The notes under the pieces: generated by a model | The model's input: only the letters and a program-made list of their open reading frames with translations | The model's database searches: none | What the model was told of the DNA's origin: nothing | Shown: in pieces, positions 62,644 through 63,821 of the stretch | Layout of the letters: the number at the start of each line of letters is the position of its first letter | Position numbering within the stretch: position 1 is the stretch's first letter | Made by a program: the position numbers and the translations under genes | Assembly: GCA_002269645.1 (NCBI GenBank) | Contig: NIVC01000148.1 | Location: 1-63,821, forward strand | Direction of reading: 5' to 3' | Length of the DNA stretch: 63,821 nt | DNA from: Macrostomum lignano | Lineage: Eukaryota

Positions 62644-63469
62644 GTCAGAAGAACCTAGTATTATTTCTACAAGGCCACAACCGTTGCCTCAAAGGCCAGT
62701 TCTCTAACTTAAAAGCGCTTTGACTCGCAGCAGTACTTCAGCACACGCACGGAATTATCGAAACGCAAACAGAAGCGATATTATAGCCGAGCTATGTCTC
62801 AAATCCCAAGCGCCGCATGGGATGATATTATCTAAAAGCCCGGATACAAAAAGGAAATTTGCCTGCTCGAATCCCGTATACGCAAGATAGTTAGGAACGG
62901 TGTCGGATTTCTGAGAAAAAGACGTAGAAAGAGGCCACTGATCTTCGCATCCGCCATGGGTCACTCGGGTTTCACGCTGCCAATCAGATAAAGATCCGCC
63001 CTTTTATAAATAAAAAAATTCTCGCTTTCTTTCGTAACAAATTTCAAGCTTTAGAATAGTGTGCTCAACGATTCGATTGAAATGGGTGGGCTGCTCATGC
63101 CGTAAATGGCCACAGCAGCTAAAAATATCTTAAAAGGTCCGCATGCCACTCGGTGACTTACTTAAGAGGTTGCCTCGTTGTTTCGGTGCACCAAACTGTA
63201 GTAGGCGATAATTAACCCGATCAAGTTGAGAATTCTCACTCGATGCAGCTGTAAGTGCCTCGCAATATTGTTATCGATTTGTTCTGAGTGAGTGAGTTAT
63301 ATTCTAGCATAAATGTACATCTTGGTTTGCATAATTCATGTACATCGTATTGTTCACTTTTAGAACCTCAAATATATAATCGCTAACTTGGCCAGTTTAG
63401 GCCTCGCGTATTATTCTCGCTCAGCTTAAACCGCAGTCTTCAGACTTTACAGCAGCCACTGCCATAGAA

Positions 63470-63735
63470 CTGCACTCGACCATGGACAACAAAGCCATGC
63501 TCTCGACCATAGACAACAAAGCCTTGCACTCTCGACCATGAACAACAAAGCCATGCTCTCGACCATAGACAACAAAGCCATGCTCTCGACCATAGACAAC
63601 AAAGCCTTGCGCTCTCGACTATGAACAACAAAGCCATGCTCTCGACCATAGACAACAAAGCCTTGCACTCTCGACTATGAACAACAAAGCCATGCTCTCG
63701 ACCATAGACAACAAAGCCTTGCACTCTCGACCATA
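63470..63735. repeat. Minisatellite of mostly alternating 27- and 29-bp units (ctcgaccatagacaacaaagcc-atgct / -ttgcact)
   Basis: Direct reading. Confidence 0.9.
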
Positions 63736-63821
63736 GAAAACTCTTTCTGGCTAAAAGACAACTAAGTAGAGAATTCAGAGCAGGTATTCCGGCAAGTATT
63801 TCTACATCTGGTGCTGATATT

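Overview
Eukaryotic (metazoan) genomic DNA with GC-rich exons, AT-rich spacers, GT-AG introns and a very high density of locally unique mini- and microsatellites. This composition resembles a Macrostomum-like flatworm, which is an inference from composition and gene content only. By hand-splicing I can support ten protein-coding genes: two tail-to-tail GT92/DUF23 glycosyltransferase paralogs, a DEG/ENaC channel, an MMP21-like metalloprotease, a 3-sushi type-I membrane protein, RPS8, cyclin K, MRPL28, KATNAL2 and a DSTYK-like dynamin-fold/kinase fusion. Mobile DNA comprises a near-intact IR/DR Tc1 transposon, a 3-kb foldback-like element, several MITE/TIR elements and four copies of a tRNA-derived SINE. 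The most unusual observations are: (1) a 5.5-kb, ~78-copy array of a 71-bp unit that copies the branch-point/pyrimidine tract of the KATNAL2 intron splitting the Walker A motif; (2) a minisatellite made from the A-box head of a SINE; (3) a general pattern of unrelated minisatellites abutting splice sites and start codons; (4) an apparent gene-conversion tract between the inverted GT92 genes. Seven single-base frameshifts in otherwise intact genes are most likely consensus errors. All exon models are manual and unverified by transcript data.
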